34,259 nt of DNA, from positions 1-34,259 of the forward strand of contig CANQUY010000001.1 of NCBI GenBank assembly GCA_947627125.1, in the 5' to 3' direction. Within the stretch, counting starts at the first letter, position 1. The number at the start of each line of letters is the position of its first letter. Under the pieces are notes generated by a model. That model was not told the origin of the DNA. It searched no databases and worked only from the letters and a program-made list of their open reading frames with translations. Of this stretch, positions 33,214 through 34,259 are shown in pieces. The translations under genes and the position numbers were made by a program. The DNA comes from an uncultured Clostridia bacterium (GTDB taxonomy: Bacteria > Bacillota > Clostridia > Christensenellales > Borkfalkiaceae).

Positions 33214-33930
33214 TTATTTGGAGCGGGTGCGGATGACCTTGCCGCCCGTGAGAAGGATCATCTTGACGGCCTCGATGGAGTAGTCGTCCGCCTCGACGGT
33301 GAGTTTCTTATCGAGGGTGCCGCGGGCCAAAACCTTGATATATGTGACCTTTTTGTAGCCTTGAATGCGCTTTTTGATCTCATCGAGGGTGACCGTTTCG
33401 CCGTCGTTGAAGTACTGCTCGAGAATGTCAACATTGATGATGCCCGTCTTGGTCCTATCGGCAATGCGTGTGGATTCCTCCACCATCGTCGCCGCGATCT
33501 CGTCCTCGAGGATCTTATCGACCTCCGCCGCCTTGACGCTCTGCCGCGTTTCGATATGGATATCTTCCTTCTTGGGCTTGGGTTTGGGCGCGGGAACGAC
33601 TACGGGCTTCGGTTCGGGCTTGGGCTGAGGCTTGGGTTCAGGCTTCGGCTGAGGTTTCGGCTGAGGTTTGGGCTCGGGTTTCGGCTGAGGCTTGGGTTCG
33701 GGCTTGGGCTGAGGCTTGGGTTCGGGTTTCGGCTGAGGCTTGGGTTCAGGCTTCGGCTGAGGAGCAGGCTTCGCTGCGGGGGCGGGTTGTTGGGCTCCCT
33801 TTTTATTGCGCAGGGCAAGATAGAGCAACACGCCCGCCGTGACGATCAAGAGGCCTGTCACCACGCAAATCGCGATCGTCCCGCCGGGGACAAGACCCGC
33901 CAATATGCCAAAAACAAAGCTGTTTGCCAT
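33214..33930 (-). CDS. Second membrane-anchored uL15-like domain protein, with a PKPEPKPQ repeat linker
   Basis: 238 aa. An N-terminal hydrophobic segment (FVFGILAGLVPGGTIAICVVTGLLIVTAGVLLYLAL) is followed by RNKK, then about 100 aa of P/K/E/Q repeats. The C-terminus (IINVDILEQYFNDGETVTLDEIKKRIQGYKKVTYIKVLARGTLDKKLTVEADDYSIEAVKMILLTGGKVI) is paralogous to the 6670-7245 product. Confidence 0.7.
   Translation of the reverse strand: MANSFVFGILAGLVPGGTIAICVVTGLLIVTAGVLLYLALRNKKGAQQPAPAAKPAPQPKPEPKPQPKPEPKPQPKPEPKPQPKPEPKPQPKPQPKPEPKPQPKPEPKPVVVPAPKPKPKKEDIHIETRQSVKAAEVDKILEDEIAATMVEESTRIADRTKTGIINVDILEQYFNDGETVTLDEIKKRIQGYKKVTYIKVLARGTLDKKLTVEADDYSIEAVKMILLTGGKVIRTRSK
33571..33790 (-). repeat. 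In-frame 24-nt tandem repeat encoding (PKPEPKPQ)n
   Basis: GGCTGAGGCTTGGGTTC(A/G)GGCTT(C/G)-type units are reiterated about 8 times on the plus strand. Confidence 0.85.
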
Positions 33931-34096
33931 AATTTTTCCTCCTCAAAGAGTTCTTCTTCGGCTCCATTACAGGGCTATTTCAGTTTCATTTATTTTACCA
34001 CAAAATAGCGCGCGTTGTCAATCGTTTTTTAAAAATTCTTGAGGATGATAGAAATTGGTCTTTCCCCCGCCCCCAAAGCGGAACAGAGTGACGCAG

Positions 34097-34247
34097 CCCC
34101 GCGTCATTCTGAGAAACGGAGAAGGACGAGAGAACGGGGGCTGACCCGAAGAATCTCGCGGGGCGTATGCGGTTTTCTTCGCGGCGAGATGCTTCGGTAG
34201 AGCCCTCGCAGACTTCGTTCATGCTCTCGTTCTCAGCATGACGCCGC
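34097..34247. repeat. Repeat array 7, in the order B+ A- (the array may continue beyond the window end)
   Basis: A B+ unit lies at 34097-34163 and an A- unit at 34181-34247. Confidence 0.88.
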
Positions 34248-34259
34248 CACCCACGGAAA

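Noticed and set aside
33112-34008. A 298-aa plus-strand ORF with GLGFRLRL repeats.
   Set aside because: It is the antisense reading of the PKPEPKPQ tandem repeat in the uL15-like gene. The minus-strand frame has a TM anchor and a conserved C-terminal domain shared with a paralogue.

Overview
This is a 34.3-kb chromosomal segment, probably from a moderately GC-rich Clostridia-like anaerobe. That guess rests only on the protein families present: BspA-type LRRs, Listeria-Bacteroides repeats, Big_3 domains and a MacB/FtsX ABC pair. I support 17 CDS. From left to right they are: the 3' end of a recombinase-like gene; a two-gene operon on the minus strand (a soluble three-domain FtsK/EssC-like ATPase and a cytosolic zinc-ribbon/LRR protein); a visibly AT-rich island with a lipoprotein trypsin-like protease; a small pyrophosphatase-like protein; a 2088-aa surface protein (nine Listeria-Bacteroides repeats plus a roughly 800-aa coiled-coil stalk and a C-terminal TM anchor) translationally coupled to a membrane-tethered uL15-like protein; a GIY-YIG nuclease; an OmpR-type response regulator and a 7TM histidine kinase; tag (3-methyladenine glycosylase I) with a duplicated 5' end; a 1498-aa permuted GH3 glycosidase with CBM-like modules; a 1334-aa Big_3/CBM-like lipoprotein; an ABC ATPase and FtsX permease; a D-2-hydroxyacid (lactate) dehydrogenase; and a second uL15-like membrane protein. 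The dominant non-genic signal is a family of roughly 67-nt hairpin/TIR elements. There are two subfamilies, A and B, with about 15 full copies each by hand count. They alternate in inverted orientation in seven intergenic arrays, much like BIMEs, and cover roughly 2.5-3 kb. The GIY-YIG gene sits between two mirror-image arrays, downstream of a near-consensus promoter that reads into the first array. I consider this nuclease-plus-repeat arrangement the best candidate for an undescribed system. The secondary candidates are the ATPase/LRR operon and the membrane-tethered uL15-like paralogs. All calls come from reading the sequence and the ORF track. No database search or folding was possible, and several start codons are uncertain.
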